Assembly: GCA_900318065.1 (NCBI GenBank)
Contig: ONIY01000004.1
Location: 41,721 to 105,720, forward strand
DNA: 64,000 nt
Reading direction: 5' to 3'
Source of the DNA: an uncultured Prevotellaceae bacterium
GTDB taxonomy: Bacteria > Bacteroidota > Bacteroidia > Bacteroidales > Muribaculaceae
The position numbers and the translations under genes were made by a program. This document shows, piece after piece, positions 1 through 9,873 of this stretch. The notes under the pieces were generated by a model. That model did not search any database and was not told the origin of the DNA. It worked only from the letters and a program-made list of their open reading frames with translations. The number at the start of each line of letters is the position of its first letter. The stretch's first letter is position 1.

Positions 1-139
1 AGATGTCGCCCTTGTAGCAGAAGGCGATTTCCTTGCCATTTGGCGAAATCTTGGCATAGCGAAGCCACAACGGAGTCTCGGCAAGCGAGGTTGTGGCAAT
101 CACAGCAGCTATCGCTGCAAGTAAAAATCTATTTTTCAT
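1..139 (-). CDS. Tricorn-like S41 family peptidase, N-terminus (partial, runs off window)
   Basis: Manual translation MKNRFLLAAIAAVIATTSLAETPLWLRYAKISPNGKEIAFCYKGDI: signal peptide followed by the PLWLRY..ISP.G..IAF.YKGD start typical of tricorn-type proteases. Confidence 0.75.
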   Translation of the reverse strand, partial: MKNRFLLAAIAAVIATTSLAETPLWLRYAKISPNGKEIAFCYKGDI

Positions 140-233
140 ACTTTAAAGATAAATGTATATTATGTGTTTATTATAAGTTTCCAGTTCAAAATTGAGAGTG
201 GTGCAGTGGTGTGGTGGTGTGGCATTGCGTCAA

Positions 234-326
234 TGTAGGGACAACGCGTGCGTTGTCCGAAAAGTGACGAACTCGCTGATTGCCAAATTTCTGCCTCTGG
301 CGGACAAGGCACGCCTTGTCCCTACA
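234..326. repeat. Inverted doublet of GTAG-type REP-like palindromes
   Basis: TGTAGGGACAACGCGTGCGTTGTCCG at 234-259 and the reverse complement of TGTAGGGACAAGGCGTGCCTTGTCCG at 301-326. Confidence 0.85.
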
Positions 327-497
327 AAATGAGAATTTTGGACTTTTGCAACACCTTCCTAAATAAAGAGAAAGCGCCACCTTCAATTATTTAGTATCAG
401 AAAAGTCAATTTCTCTCAATGAGTGCAAATTTACACACATTTTCTCAATTTTCCAAAAGTAATGGGAAAACTGCGCAGGTTTCTATCGCCGGGGGCG

Positions 498-1595
498 TCA
501 ATCGTCCCATTCCTTGAAGTCAAATTCCAGCTCTACCCACTGGTCGATGTCCTGGGGCTGCTCTCGCGTGGCGCCCTTGGTGACCGAGAGGCCCAGCAGC
601 CTGATGGGGTGGTCGCGGTAGTCCACCTGCTGAAGCAACTGCTTGGCGAGCGGCAGGATGGTGTCCTTGTCGCGCAGCACCTTGTCCTGGGTGATGGAGC
701 GGGTGATTTGCCTGAAGTCGTGGAACTTGACCTTGAGGGTGAGCGTGCGGCCCTCAAAGTCGTGCTTCTCGAGGCGTCGCACGAGTTCGGCAACGGTGTT
801 GTTCAGTTCGATGATCACCGCGCCAGGTTTGTGGATGTCGTGCTCAAAGGTGTGCTCGCAGCCCATCGACTTGCGCTCATAGTCGACCACCACGGGCCGC
901 TCGTCGATGCCGCGGGCAAAGTTGTAGAACACCGGCCCCATCTTGCCAAAGACATCGGTCAAGTGCTTGAGCGACACCGCTCGCAGGTCGGCACCGGTGA
1001 AGATGCCCATGCGGTGCATCGCCTGTGCAGTCTTGGGTCCCACAAGCCAGAACTTCTCGATGCGCAGCGCGTCGATGAAGTCCTGCGCGCGGCTAGGGTG
1101 GATGGTGCATAAGCCGTCGGGCTTGCGCTGGTCGCTGGCAATCTTGGCAAGGAACTTATTGTAGCTCACGCCTGCCGAAGCGGTGAGGTGGAGTCGTTGC
1201 TTGATCTTCGCCTTTATCTCTCGGGCGATGTCAACGGCGAGGGCTATGCCCGGCTTGTTGTGGGTAACGTCGAGGAACGCCTCGTCGAGCGAGATGGGCT
1301 CCACGAGCTGGGTGTACTCATGGAAGATGGCGTGCATCTGCCGCGACACCTCTTTATACGCCTGGTAACGGCCAGGCACCACTATGAGCTGGGGACACAG
1401 GCGCTTGGCGAGGCGCATCGACATTGCCGAGTGCACGCCAAAGGGGCGCGCCTCGTAGCTCGCCGTGGCCACCACGCCTCGCTCGCCGTCGTGCCCAACG
1501 GCGATGGGCTTGCCACGCAACTCGGGGTTGTCGCGTTGCTCCACCGACGCGAAAAAGGCGTCCATGTCGATGTGTATAATCTTGCGCTCGGTCAT
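498..1595 (-). CDS. dinB: DNA polymerase IV (Y family)
   Basis: IIHIDMDAFFASVEQRD, ASYEAR, SLDEAFLD and SYNKFLAKIASD motifs. Start moved to ATG 1595 because the ORF-track extension is repeat/promoter sequence. Confidence 0.97.
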   Translation of the reverse strand: MTERKIIHIDMDAFFASVEQRDNPELRGKPIAVGHDGERGVVATASYEARPFGVHSAMSMRLAKRLCPQLIVVPGRYQAYKEVSRQMHAIFHEYTQLVEPISLDEAFLDVTHNKPGIALAVDIAREIKAKIKQRLHLTASAGVSYNKFLAKIASDQRKPDGLCTIHPSRAQDFIDALRIEKFWLVGPKTAQAMHRMGIFTGADLRAVSLKHLTDVFGKMGPVFYNFARGIDERPVVVDYERKSMGCEHTFEHDIHKPGAVIIELNNTVAELVRRLEKHDFEGRTLTLKVKFHDFRQITRSITQDKVLRDKDTILPLAKQLLQQVDYRDHPIRLLGLSVTKGATREQPQDIDQWVELEFDFKEWDD

Positions 1596-1650
1596 AACTC
1601 TCGCGCAAAGATAGAAAAAAAGTGGCAAATGTGGCAAAAGAGGGAGAAGC

Positions 1651-1840
1651 AATGCACAATGTACAATCTTTTTAAATGCACAATGCATAATGCACAATTA
1701 TCCCCTCGGATGCTCGATCGCTCGAATGCTCGAATGCTCGAATGCTTGAACACTCGACCGCTCGATCCCCGCGCCGCAGGCGCTTACTTAACACTTAAAA
1801 CTTCACCCTTAACACTTCACCCACGTTCCACGATCCACCT
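1651..1840. repeat. Composite short tandem repeat element
   Basis: (AATGCAC)n, then (TGCTCGAA)n, CCCCGCGCCGCAGGCGC, (TTAACAC)n and (TTCCACG)n. Confidence 0.85.
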
Positions 1841-2007
1841 TCCAGGTTTCCCTCGCCATAGGCGCTTGATTCGCTTGCTTCGTTGAAAGAAATTGATAAA
1901 TCTTGCATAAATTGTTATTATTTTTGTAATTTTGGCAGATTTTGGATTGAAATATTCTTGTGAGAGATAATAAAATAGCCTTTAAACATTAACTTAACTT
2001 CTTATAT

Positions 2008-4992
2008 ATGAAAAAGATACTATTATTGACCATGACGGCTGTTGTGGCATGGACTGCTGCAATGGCTGTACCGGCAAAACCAGGATTAAACTCCATTAAG
2101 TTGAGCGATGGCTCCACGCTGCAGGTGCAGGCGATTGGCGACGAGTGGCATCACAGCCTCGCTACTGCCGACGGGCTGACTATCGCCCTTGCCGACGACG
2201 GATTTTTCTATTATGTGGCCGCTGGAAACGTGACGCAGGTGCGGGCTCACGATGCCGACCAGCGCAGCGCCAGCGAACTCTCGTTTGTTAACGCCAATAA
2301 GGACCAGTTGACCATTGCGGCACTCTACGACGCCAAGCGGCAGTCGGGCATGCTGCGCAGCGTGCGTCCGCGCGGCATCTCGCCAAGGGCGACTCAGGTG
2401 CCCAACAGCGGTTCGCCACGCGTGCCCATCATTCTGGTGCAGTACACCGACAAGAGCATGAGCAACACCAAGACGCAGTTTCAGGCTCAGTATAACACCA
2501 ACCCCAAGAGTGCGTTCAACTACTTCAAGGACCAGAGTAACAGCCTGTACACTCCGCAATTCGACATCTACGGCATCTATACCTTGCCCAGCAGCCGTGC
2601 CACCTATGGCGGCAACAAGTCTAATGGCGACGACCAGGGCGTGGCGCTGATGGTGGCCGATGCTGTCACTAAGGCAGGCAACGACATCAACTGGGCGCAA
2701 TATGACAACGATGGCGACGGCAAGGCCGACGTGTGCATCGTGGTCTATGCTGGCGTGGGCGAGGCACAGGCAAGCTACACCGTGCCCGAGGCCGTGTGGC
2801 CCTGCCAGTGGAGCCTCTCGTCGGGCGCCTACTATGGCGACGGCCCTGGCCCCATCACACGCAATGGCGTGACAATCGACAAGTTTGCTGTGTTTAACGA
2901 GGTCTCGGGCAGCAACGACAGCGGCACAACGCTTGATGGCGTGGGCACCTTCTGCCACGAGTTCTCGCACTGCCTGGGATTGCCCGACTTCTACGAGACC
3001 AACCGATACAGCCATGGCTACTTTGGCATGGGCTACTGGAGCATTATGGACACCGGCTGCTACAATGGTGGCTCTATCGACGGCGACACCCCCATTGGCT
3101 ACAGTGCCTATGAGAAGAACTTCATGGGATGGATCAACCTCATTACTCCCACCGAGAACACGTTCTACACTCTGCCAGTGTTCAACAGCAAGACCGCTGC
3201 CAACGACCAAGCCATTAAGATCACGGCGTTGAACTCCAACGAGTACTGGATTCTTGAGAACCGCAGGAAGCAGAATTGGGATTATTACATCGACGATGAG
3301 GGTGTTCTCATTACTCATTTCACCTACGTTGAAGACCGCTGGAGCGACAACTCAGTCAACAACCAGAGCGTGCAGCTGGCAACTGTCATGCCTGCCGACA
3401 ATAGCCTCTCAGGATCTAGCCTCGACAAGGATCTCTATGGCGAGACCAATCATGCGTTTGGACCAACGACCAGCCCTGCCATGAAGGCCAACATGACCGC
3501 TGGCGGCTCGCTATCGTCGACGACTGGAGGCGCTGGCGTTGTAGACAAACCCGTGACCGAGATAAACCTCAACAGCAATGGCACTGCCTCGCTGTGGTAT
3601 ATGAAAGGCGCAGCCCCAACAATTTCCGTCACTCCATCGAGCCTGCAATTCCAGGGATATATGGGTGAGACCTATACCAAGACCTTCACCGTTAACGGCA
3701 ACAACCTCACCGGCAACGTCACCATCACCAAGCAAGGCTCCAGCGCCTTCACCGTGTCGCCAGCATCAATCACTGCGGCAAGCGCAGCCAGCGGCGCGCA
3801 GGTGACCGTTACCTATTCTCCCACCGCCGTGGGCAATGCCAGTGCCGTCATCACTATTGCCAGCGCCGGCGCGCAGAGTGTGACCCTCAACGTGACTGGC
3901 ACAGCCCAGGACCGAGTGCCCACTATCGAGGTGGACCCGGCAGCGCTCAGCTTCAATGCCAACCTCTCGTCGACAGTCACCAGGACCCTCACCGTTACCG
4001 GACTGTTCTTGACAAGCGACGTGACAGTGACCCTTAACGACGAGAACGGCGTGTTCAGCGTTACGCCAATGGTCATTCCCGCAGCAAGTGCGGCAGGTGG
4101 CGCGCAAGTGAGCGTGTCGTTCAACTCGGCACAGGAAGGCAACTTCACTGGCTCGCTCACCATTGCCAGCCAGGGCGCGACAAGCAAGACCGTTCAGCTC
4201 AGCGCCATTGCCTTCGAGGGTGGCACTGCCAGCGACACCTATCTCAATCTCGAGAAGTATGAGACCATCGACGAGGCAGGAGCAGCAGTGAGCGGCATGA
4301 ACTCGATTTACCGTTACACCGAGTATGAAGACGACGAAGTTGCTTGGCTCACATTCTCCAACTTTGGCGTGCACATGGCAGCCTCCAAGCAGAACTGGCT
4401 CACAAGCTCGTCGCTCACGCAGTATACCAACGACTGGAATGCCACCGATGTGTTCCTGGGCGACAATTCCTATTTTGGAAGCAACAACAGCTATTCGGTC
4501 TATGGAAGCGGAAACCAGACGTTCTTTGTCACTAACTGCACCCAGGTGAAGGCTCTGGTCAAGGGCACTAGTGGCGGCACCACCTCAAGGGCCACGCTGG
4601 CAATCTATGAGTGCACACTCAACCCCGACGGCACTCTCACTGCCTCGTCCGCGGCAACCGACACTCAGTATAGCATTTCACAGAACGATGCACAAGTAGT
4701 GGCATCGGCAACGCTCGATGCTGCCAAGTTCTACAAGGTTCAGCTCACTGGCGGCGGCTCCTATCCCGACCTCCTGGAGATTGGATTCCAGACCCCGCTT
4801 CAGTCGCCTGCCGTTGGCGTCTTTGGCGACGTGAACCTCGATGGCATGGTGACCACTGTCGACATCACTTGCCTCTACAACTATCTCCTCAACGGCGACA
4901 CAACCTACATCGCCACAAGCGACTTGAACGGCGACGGGCAAGTCACCACAGTCGACATCACAATAATCTACAACATCCTGCTAGGCGATTAA
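2008..4992 (+). CDS. Secreted M6 (immune inhibitor A-like) metalloprotease with Ig-like repeats and C-terminal dockerin-like domain
   Basis: Signal peptide; HEFSHCLGLPDFY zinc motif; WSIMD Met-turn; repeated Ig-like segments; C-terminal duplicated GDVNLDGMVTTVDIT / SDLNGDGQVTTVDIT. Confidence 0.9.
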   Translation: MKKILLLTMTAVVAWTAAMAVPAKPGLNSIKLSDGSTLQVQAIGDEWHHSLATADGLTIALADDGFFYYVAAGNVTQVRAHDADQRSASELSFVNANKDQLTIAALYDAKRQSGMLRSVRPRGISPRATQVPNSGSPRVPIILVQYTDKSMSNTKTQFQAQYNTNPKSAFNYFKDQSNSLYTPQFDIYGIYTLPSSRATYGGNKSNGDDQGVALMVADAVTKAGNDINWAQYDNDGDGKADVCIVVYAGVGEAQASYTVPEAVWPCQWSLSSGAYYGDGPGPITRNGVTIDKFAVFNEVSGSNDSGTTLDGVGTFCHEFSHCLGLPDFYETNRYSHGYFGMGYWSIMDTGCYNGGSIDGDTPIGYSAYEKNFMGWINLITPTENTFYTLPVFNSKTAANDQAIKITALNSNEYWILENRRKQNWDYYIDDEGVLITHFTYVEDRWSDNSVNNQSVQLATVMPADNSLSGSSLDKDLYGETNHAFGPTTSPAMKANMTAGGSLSSTTGGAGVVDKPVTEINLNSNGTASLWYMKGAAPTISVTPSSLQFQGYMGETYTKTFTVNGNNLTGNVTITKQGSSAFTVSPASITAASAASGAQVTVTYSPTAVGNASAVITIASAGAQSVTLNVTGTAQDRVPTIEVDPAALSFNANLSSTVTRTLTVTGLFLTSDVTVTLNDENGVFSVTPMVIPAASAAGGAQVSVSFNSAQEGNFTGSLTIASQGATSKTVQLSAIAFEGGTASDTYLNLEKYETIDEAGAAVSGMNSIYRYTEYEDDEVAWLTFSNFGVHMAASKQNWLTSSSLTQYTNDWNATDVFLGDNSYFGSNNSYSVYGSGNQTFFVTNCTQVKALVKGTSGGTTSRATLAIYECTLNPDGTLTASSAATDTQYSISQNDAQVVASATLDAAKFYKVQLTGGGSYPDLLEIGFQTPLQSPAVGVFGDVNLDGMVTTVDITCLYNYLLNGDTTYIATSDLNGDGQVTTVDITIIYNILLGD

Positions 4993-5057
4993 GCCCGAGT
5001 GGGAGGTGGATCGAGGATCGGGGATCGGGGATTGGGGATTGGAAGATCCTTGGGCAA

Positions 5058-5173
5058 TGTAGGGACAAGGCGTGCCTTGTCCGTATCTCCCCTCTAAGAT
5101 AGAGGGGGCGGGGGGGAGTATGATTTCATCAACAAAAGTTCCCTCACTGTAGGGACAAGGCGTGCCTTGTCCG
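5058..5173. repeat. Two GTAG-REP copies flanking a second palindromic repeat type
   Basis: TGTAGGGACAAGGCGTGCCTTGTCCG at 5058-5083 and 5148-5173; CCCCTCTAAGATAGAGGGG...GGGGAGTATGA at 5087-5123. Confidence 0.85.
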
Positions 5174-5379
5174 TCTGCGGCGCAGAAATCGAAGATCGGG
5201 GATCGGCAAACTTAATAAACCACAGGTTTTTCAGATTAATCTGTTTAATCTGTGGTTTATCTTGACTTTTGCGCGTCTACCTAGTTATATACAAGAAACG
5301 ACAGGGCAAGATGACAGGCAAATGACTGGGCAAAATGACTGTCCAAAAACACAAAAATGACGTTTTTTTCTTCAAATCA

Positions 5380-5410
5380 TTTGTCAATTAAAAAAATTGC
5401 ACTACCTTTG
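5380..5410 (+). promoter_or_regulatory. Bacteroidetes sigmaA promoter of tRNA-Leu
   Basis: TTTG (5380-5383), 19 nt spacer, TACCTTTG (5403-5410): matches the TTTG-N19-21-TAnnTTTG consensus 14 nt before the tRNA. Confidence 0.8.
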
Positions 5411-5424
5411 CAACCGCTTTTCGA

Positions 5425-5508
5425 GCCCAGATGGCGGAATCGGTAGACGCGCTGGTCTCAAACACCAGTGGGGTAACACCCGTGCCGGTTCGACCCCGGC
5501 TCTGGGTA
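5425..5508 (+). tRNA. tRNA-Leu(CAA)
   Basis: GCCCAGA/TCTGGGT acceptor stem, D arm GGCGGAATCGGTAGACGC, anticodon arm CTGGT-CTCAAAC-ACCAG, long variable arm, GGTTCGACCCC T arm. Confidence 0.96.
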
Positions 5509-5509
5509 C
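5497..5509 (+). repeat. att core, tRNA-proximal copy
   Basis: CGGCTCTGGGTAC, identical to 13127-13139. Confidence 0.88.
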
Positions 5510-5590
5510 ATTCCCCACTTTTACCCCACTTACATAAAAAATTAGTATTTTTTGCCGAATTTTGATGTCGAGGTTGGGGTTGTAGGTTGT

Positions 5591-5630
5591 AACAAAAAAG
5601 ACGTTGCCAGACATCACGCCCGACAACGCC
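5591..5630 (-). terminator. Intrinsic terminator after terL
   Basis: Minus strand GGCGTTG...CAACGTC followed by TTTTTTGTT. Confidence 0.7.
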
Positions 5631-5694
5631 AAATCACATTTAAATTTTGCCATGTGGCAACAATTCGCCACAAAGGTAGTCAATTTAATTGATG

Positions 5695-6870
5695 TCAACA
5701 AATGTGACCAATATGTGGTCTTGGTGTCCTGATTGGTCGTTGAGTTTGTAAAAAGGTTGTCACGCCATACCTCAACGCATCGAGTGAATGATTATATCGG
5801 TCAATTGGAATGTTGATATAATTTCCATTCGCATCACGTTTCCATGAATAGTTCCGCAATTCGTCAATCACGCCCAACGAGTTTTTGGTGACATTGATTT
5901 TATACGCCTGAACCATCGTAATGCCCGAAACAACTGAACCGATCCCCTTAACGCATGCGACTGCACGAAATCCACCGATGTTGTTTATTTCGGCGATACT
6001 TTTTTTCTCTGCACTATCACAAACGATTTGGGCATTCTTTTGAACATGGTTCTGTTGCAGTACATTCACAATGTCGCCGTTGAGCATGGCGTTGCGATAC
6101 GCCAATTCTTCAACCCACAATTCACCACCCGACAACCGAACCCTCAAAATACTCGTTGGGTCGTTTGTGAACCCGAAATCGATACAATAGAATTCTCGTT
6201 TGAATGTCGATGGCATTTCGGGAACGGTTGCCCATCTGGTATAAATCAACCCCTCGACACTACCCATCTCACCTAAACCGTACACTCTCCACCAATTTTC
6301 ATCGTCTTTGTAAGCCTCAATAGCTTGGCGTTGGCGGTCTGTGAGAAATGGGTTGTCTTTATATGTCGAGTGTATCAATGCAACATCAGGTTTGCCCAAA
6401 ATGTTGTCATCAACCCAAAATCGGGAACGAGGGTTGTAGTCCAGAAAAATCAATGCTCTCGTTCTTACCTCTAATTGGCGGTAAATCTCCCAATCGACAA
6501 AATAACATTCGTTGATAAAAAGCACATCACGAGCCGAACCGTGAACCTTGCCCTCGTTATCAGCCGAAAAGAATTCAATCTGTGAACCGTTGTCAAAGGA
6601 ATAAACCAAATCTGTGGCGTTCCATTTATCGGCGTTCCATGCTCCCCCCATCATTGAATGAAAGTCACGAATTGCGCCACGTTTGAGAAATGGGATTGTT
6701 TCGCCGACAACTGAAATCAAAATGCCATCGCAATGTGTCGCCAATGTAGCACACAACTGCAACAATGACCACGTTTTGCCTGAACGTGTACCACCTTTGT
6801 TCACGATGACATGATGGTTGTTCATGGCAACGATATTTCTGTTGTATATGTCACTAACTGACCAATCCAT
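5695..6870 (-). CDS. terL: Phage terminase large subunit, PBSX/XtmB-like
   Basis: Walker A GGTRSGKT, Walker B VLFINEC, LDYNP coupling motif, nuclease acidic motifs CIDFGFTNDPT, VCDSAE and DRYNHSLDALRY. Confidence 0.9.
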   Translation of the reverse strand: MDWSVSDIYNRNIVAMNNHHVIVNKGGTRSGKTWSLLQLCATLATHCDGILISVVGETIPFLKRGAIRDFHSMMGGAWNADKWNATDLVYSFDNGSQIEFFSADNEGKVHGSARDVLFINECYFVDWEIYRQLEVRTRALIFLDYNPRSRFWVDDNILGKPDVALIHSTYKDNPFLTDRQRQAIEAYKDDENWWRVYGLGEMGSVEGLIYTRWATVPEMPSTFKREFYCIDFGFTNDPTSILRVRLSGGELWVEELAYRNAMLNGDIVNVLQQNHVQKNAQIVCDSAEKKSIAEINNIGGFRAVACVKGIGSVVSGITMVQAYKINVTKNSLGVIDELRNYSWKRDANGNYINIPIDRYNHSLDALRYGVTTFLQTQRPIRTPRPHIGHIC

Positions 6871-7180
6871 TCAAACCACCCCTCTTGATTTTTTCAAGCG
6901 TTGCACGACTTTCAGCCGATAAATTGGCGATAACAATTTGCTCTCTGTCATCGGTGATGTCGGCTTTTACGGCTTGTTGCTTTGGCAACGAGTAGTTAAG
7001 TAATTCCAAAAAGAATTTAGAACGTTTTTCTGGGTCAAGTTCTTTGATGTCGTTGATAAAATTTTCTCGATTATCAACGAGAAATCTCTCAACCCATTCT
7101 CTCAATTCGTTGGTCGCTTTGTTCTTTGCGCCCCTGGGTCGCCCATTTGGGTTTCCCGACTGACCTTTTTTAAATGCCAT
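6854..7180 (-). CDS. Putative terminase small subunit (DUF5681-like N-terminus)
   Basis: MAFKKGQSGNPNGRP motif; overlaps the terL start by 17 bp. Confidence 0.7.
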   Translation of the reverse strand: MAFKKGQSGNPNGRPRGAKNKATNELREWVERFLVDNRENFINDIKELDPEKRSKFFLELLNYSLPKQQAVKADITDDREQIVIANLSAESRATLEKIKRGGLNGLVS

Positions 7181-7183
7181 GTC

Positions 7184-7420
7184 TTAAATCTCCTTTGTAT
7201 TTTTATTGTTATTTACAATGGTCAGCACATCGCCGTTGATGGTGACCAACTTTAATCTCTCGCATCGTTTGAGTAACTTGGTTGCTCCTTTTGTGTAGGT
7301 CTGGAAATGCCCACACAAACAAGTTGTGAACACCGATGGCATGGTGGCGTTGCCGTGAAAGTCGGCAAACCACCTACAAAATGCCATCAGGTCGTTATCG
7401 GTTATTCGCTCCAACATCAT
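7184..7420 (-). CDS. Small hypothetical protein, possible winged helix
   Basis: 78 aa; 4-bp overlap with the upstream primase; C-terminal KLLKRCERLKLVTINGDVLTI resembles a wHTH wing. Confidence 0.6.
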   Translation of the reverse strand: MMLERITDNDLMAFCRWFADFHGNATMPSVFTTCLCGHFQTYTKGATKLLKRCERLKLVTINGDVLTIVNNNKNTKEI

Positions 7421-8397
7421 AGTTCTTTCAACTCGATTTGAATATGTTTCGGGTCGAGGTTACACGCCAATATCAGGTCGCCAATGTCATCACCACCGTT
7501 CAGTTTCCACCGTTGCAATGTGTCGGGTCGCTCCATGATGTCAACGATTGATAATGTCTTAAACAGATGGCGCAATTTTTGCCCTTTTTCGCTCCATTCA
7601 GCGAGTTTTCCATTGTCAGGTATTAACACCACATTTCGCCCTCTCAACGGCTCACAGAACGCAATTGTGAGGTTTTGGCAACCACCGCATGCCAACACAA
7701 TGCAGTCGGTCACAATTGCACTCAACATGATGGCGGTTTTCTCACTCTCCACGATGACAACAAACATGTCGGGGTATTTTGCCAATAAGTGTTCCCCGAA
7801 TAGGCATTGGCGCAAAATGTAGCTTGGAATCTTCAATGCCGAATGAACCCATGTAATGCGGTTATATGGCTCTTTAACACGTTTTCCATTGTCGGGGTTA
7901 TACTGCATTATCTTACCGCCGTGAACACGACCACCGCCATCAATCTGCCAGAACACCGTTGCACCACTCCAATGGTTTGACGTGCCAATGTAGTAGTCGG
8001 CAATCATGCGTTTAACAATCTTCTCCCCGAACACTCTGTTTAGAAAAGTAATCAGGTGGTTACGTTCTTTGTAGGTCGCCATTACTGATTTTTTGAACAC
8101 ATCACCATGTTGCCTGATAAATACTTTGTCGTTGATGTATATGGGTCGGGGTTGAGGCTTGGAAACATATTTTGTTCTGTTGCGCTTATGTTCTCCATCG
8201 TCACCGGGTCGCTTATGGTATCCACAACTATTAATCCGCTCACATCGTCCATAATAGTTCGCATCAATTATTTCACGGTCGGCATTAAGATAAGGAACGA
8301 ATGTTTTATGACCACAATTGGGGCATTTCAATTTGCCCCTCATCGCCGTTTGCTCCCTCGGCGTTGCTAAACTTACGTCATATTCTTTTGAAATCAT
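7417..8397 (-). CDS. Zn-finger + TOPRIM primase-like protein (DUF6371-like)
   Basis: CPNCGH...CERINSCGYH zinc ligands; IVESEKTA, LIPDNG and GDDIGD TOPRIM acidic motifs. Confidence 0.75.
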   Translation of the reverse strand: MISKEYDVSLATPREQTAMRGKLKCPNCGHKTFVPYLNADREIIDANYYGRCERINSCGYHKRPGDDGEHKRNRTKYVSKPQPRPIYINDKVFIRQHGDVFKKSVMATYKERNHLITFLNRVFGEKIVKRMIADYYIGTSNHWSGATVFWQIDGGGRVHGGKIMQYNPDNGKRVKEPYNRITWVHSALKIPSYILRQCLFGEHLLAKYPDMFVVIVESEKTAIMLSAIVTDCIVLACGGCQNLTIAFCEPLRGRNVVLIPDNGKLAEWSEKGQKLRHLFKTLSIVDIMERPDTLQRWKLNGGDDIGDLILACNLDPKHIQIELKEL

Positions 8398-8499
8398 CTT
8401 TTTTTAATCTCCTATTGGGTTGTAAGGTTGTAGGTTGTAGATGGTTTATTCTGTTGATTGTCAGGTTATAATCCCACAATTAACCTACAACCTCAACAA

Positions 8500-9873
8500 T
8501 CATTTAAATGCTTTACTAATAGCTTGTGGGGTAATTCCCAATGCTCTCGCCAACTCGGACTGATTTATTTTGAAACCATCGTTGCGGTCTTTTTCATACC
8601 GCTCTTTCAGCATTCTCAATATATCGCCGTTGGTTAAATCCTTTGGTTGGGTGTCGTCATTGGCTATCAAACAAAATGCTCTCTCGGCGCACCATTTGAA
8701 ATATTCCATGCACTCAATCGAGTATTTCATTACATCAGCCTCAATTCGTTGGTCGCCTCGCAAGACTGCAACGCATGCGCACCACCGGCAAAGATGATAA
8801 TTCAGCTTATCGACATACGCACCCATTGCGATAATGCCTTGTTCCTCGTATTCATCTGCCTGGGTATCCCATTTTTGAAGAACCGCATCATGTAGTTGTT
8901 CAGCCTCCGGGGTTTCGTACAAATCAGGGAATGAGCATGAAGAAAGTTTTTTGATGTATTCCCGCCAGGTTTCTTTGCTATCATTCCCCATGATATGTTT
9001 AATTCTTGGCGGTCGCTTTCTTCGCTCTGGAAAAGCATATAAGAAACGTTGGAACATGCCATCTTTGTCGTAACCCTTTTTCCCCATCATCTGTTTTAAT
9101 ACTGATGGTTGGGTAGTTCCCGCCATGCTCAAATTTGGGTGTTCGGCTCTCAATGTTTCACGACCTATTCTGTCTATTGATGTCGGGTCATAGTCGAATA
9201 TTTTCATTAGATTGCCGACTACCACACCATTTGCGCCGTTCTTATATAATCCCCAACTTTCGATTGTGGCTCTCATCTCGTCATTAAGCCAACAGATGTC
9301 GCCAACTTCCGCTAATGCTTTCATTACAAATTCATCGGTGGCGTTACCTATTAACCTGCGATGGTAAATTGGTTCTTCTCCCTCACATTTATTCGCTCTC
9401 CATTGCTCCATTTCTTGTTTATAGAGATTGTAAGCCTCATTCTCCATTTCTTGGATTGGTTCAAAAAAGAACTTTAACGGCTTGGATTTTCCCCTACTAC
9501 TATCGGCAATGGTCATAATCCACAATGTGGCGTGATTGGTGTAATTGTCATGGTGAGCCGTGACCCTTTTCCCTACGATGCAGGCGGTCGCACCCATTAG
9601 ACTTGCAACAACGAAATCTCTATAACTGCGGTAACCTTTCGTTACATCTTCAACGACATTCCGCAATGGTTCAGGCAACCCCCAAATGGGCAATTCTGTG
9701 ACCTCGGCGGTGATGTCATCAGGTGATGGTTCTGGATCGTCTGTTAGTGAGAAATCGGGTTGTGGGTCATCAGCTTTTTCAGCCTCGAAAACTTGCCTAT
9801 TATCAAGATTATCACTAACTTTGTCCTGGTCTTGTTGGGGTGCGTCATGCGCCCTTTTTTCTTGTTCTGTCAT
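8500..9873 (-). CDS. DUF3987-like replication protein (degenerate P-loop) with C-terminal HTH
   Basis: ADSSRGKS P-loop-like segment, DEMR, GTTQP, GMFQRFLY motifs; C-terminal INQSELARALGITPQAISK HTH. Confidence 0.7.
   Translation of the reverse strand: MTEQEKRAHDAPQQDQDKVSDNLDNRQVFEAEKADDPQPDFSLTDDPEPSPDDITAEVTELPIWGLPEPLRNVVEDVTKGYRSYRDFVVASLMGATACIVGKRVTAHHDNYTNHATLWIMTIADSSRGKSKPLKFFFEPIQEMENEAYNLYKQEMEQWRANKCEGEEPIYHRRLIGNATDEFVMKALAEVGDICWLNDEMRATIESWGLYKNGANGVVVGNLMKIFDYDPTSIDRIGRETLRAEHPNLSMAGTTQPSVLKQMMGKKGYDKDGMFQRFLYAFPERRKRPPRIKHIMGNDSKETWREYIKKLSSCSFPDLYETPEAEQLHDAVLQKWDTQADEYEEQGIIAMGAYVDKLNYHLCRWCACVAVLRGDQRIEADVMKYSIECMEYFKWCAERAFCLIANDDTQPKDLTNGDILRMLKERYEKDRNDGFKINQSELARALGITPQAISKAFK

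Noticed and set aside
5402-5701. 99-aa minus-strand ORF after terL
   Set aside because: Overlaps the tRNA, att site and terminator in antisense; no motif.
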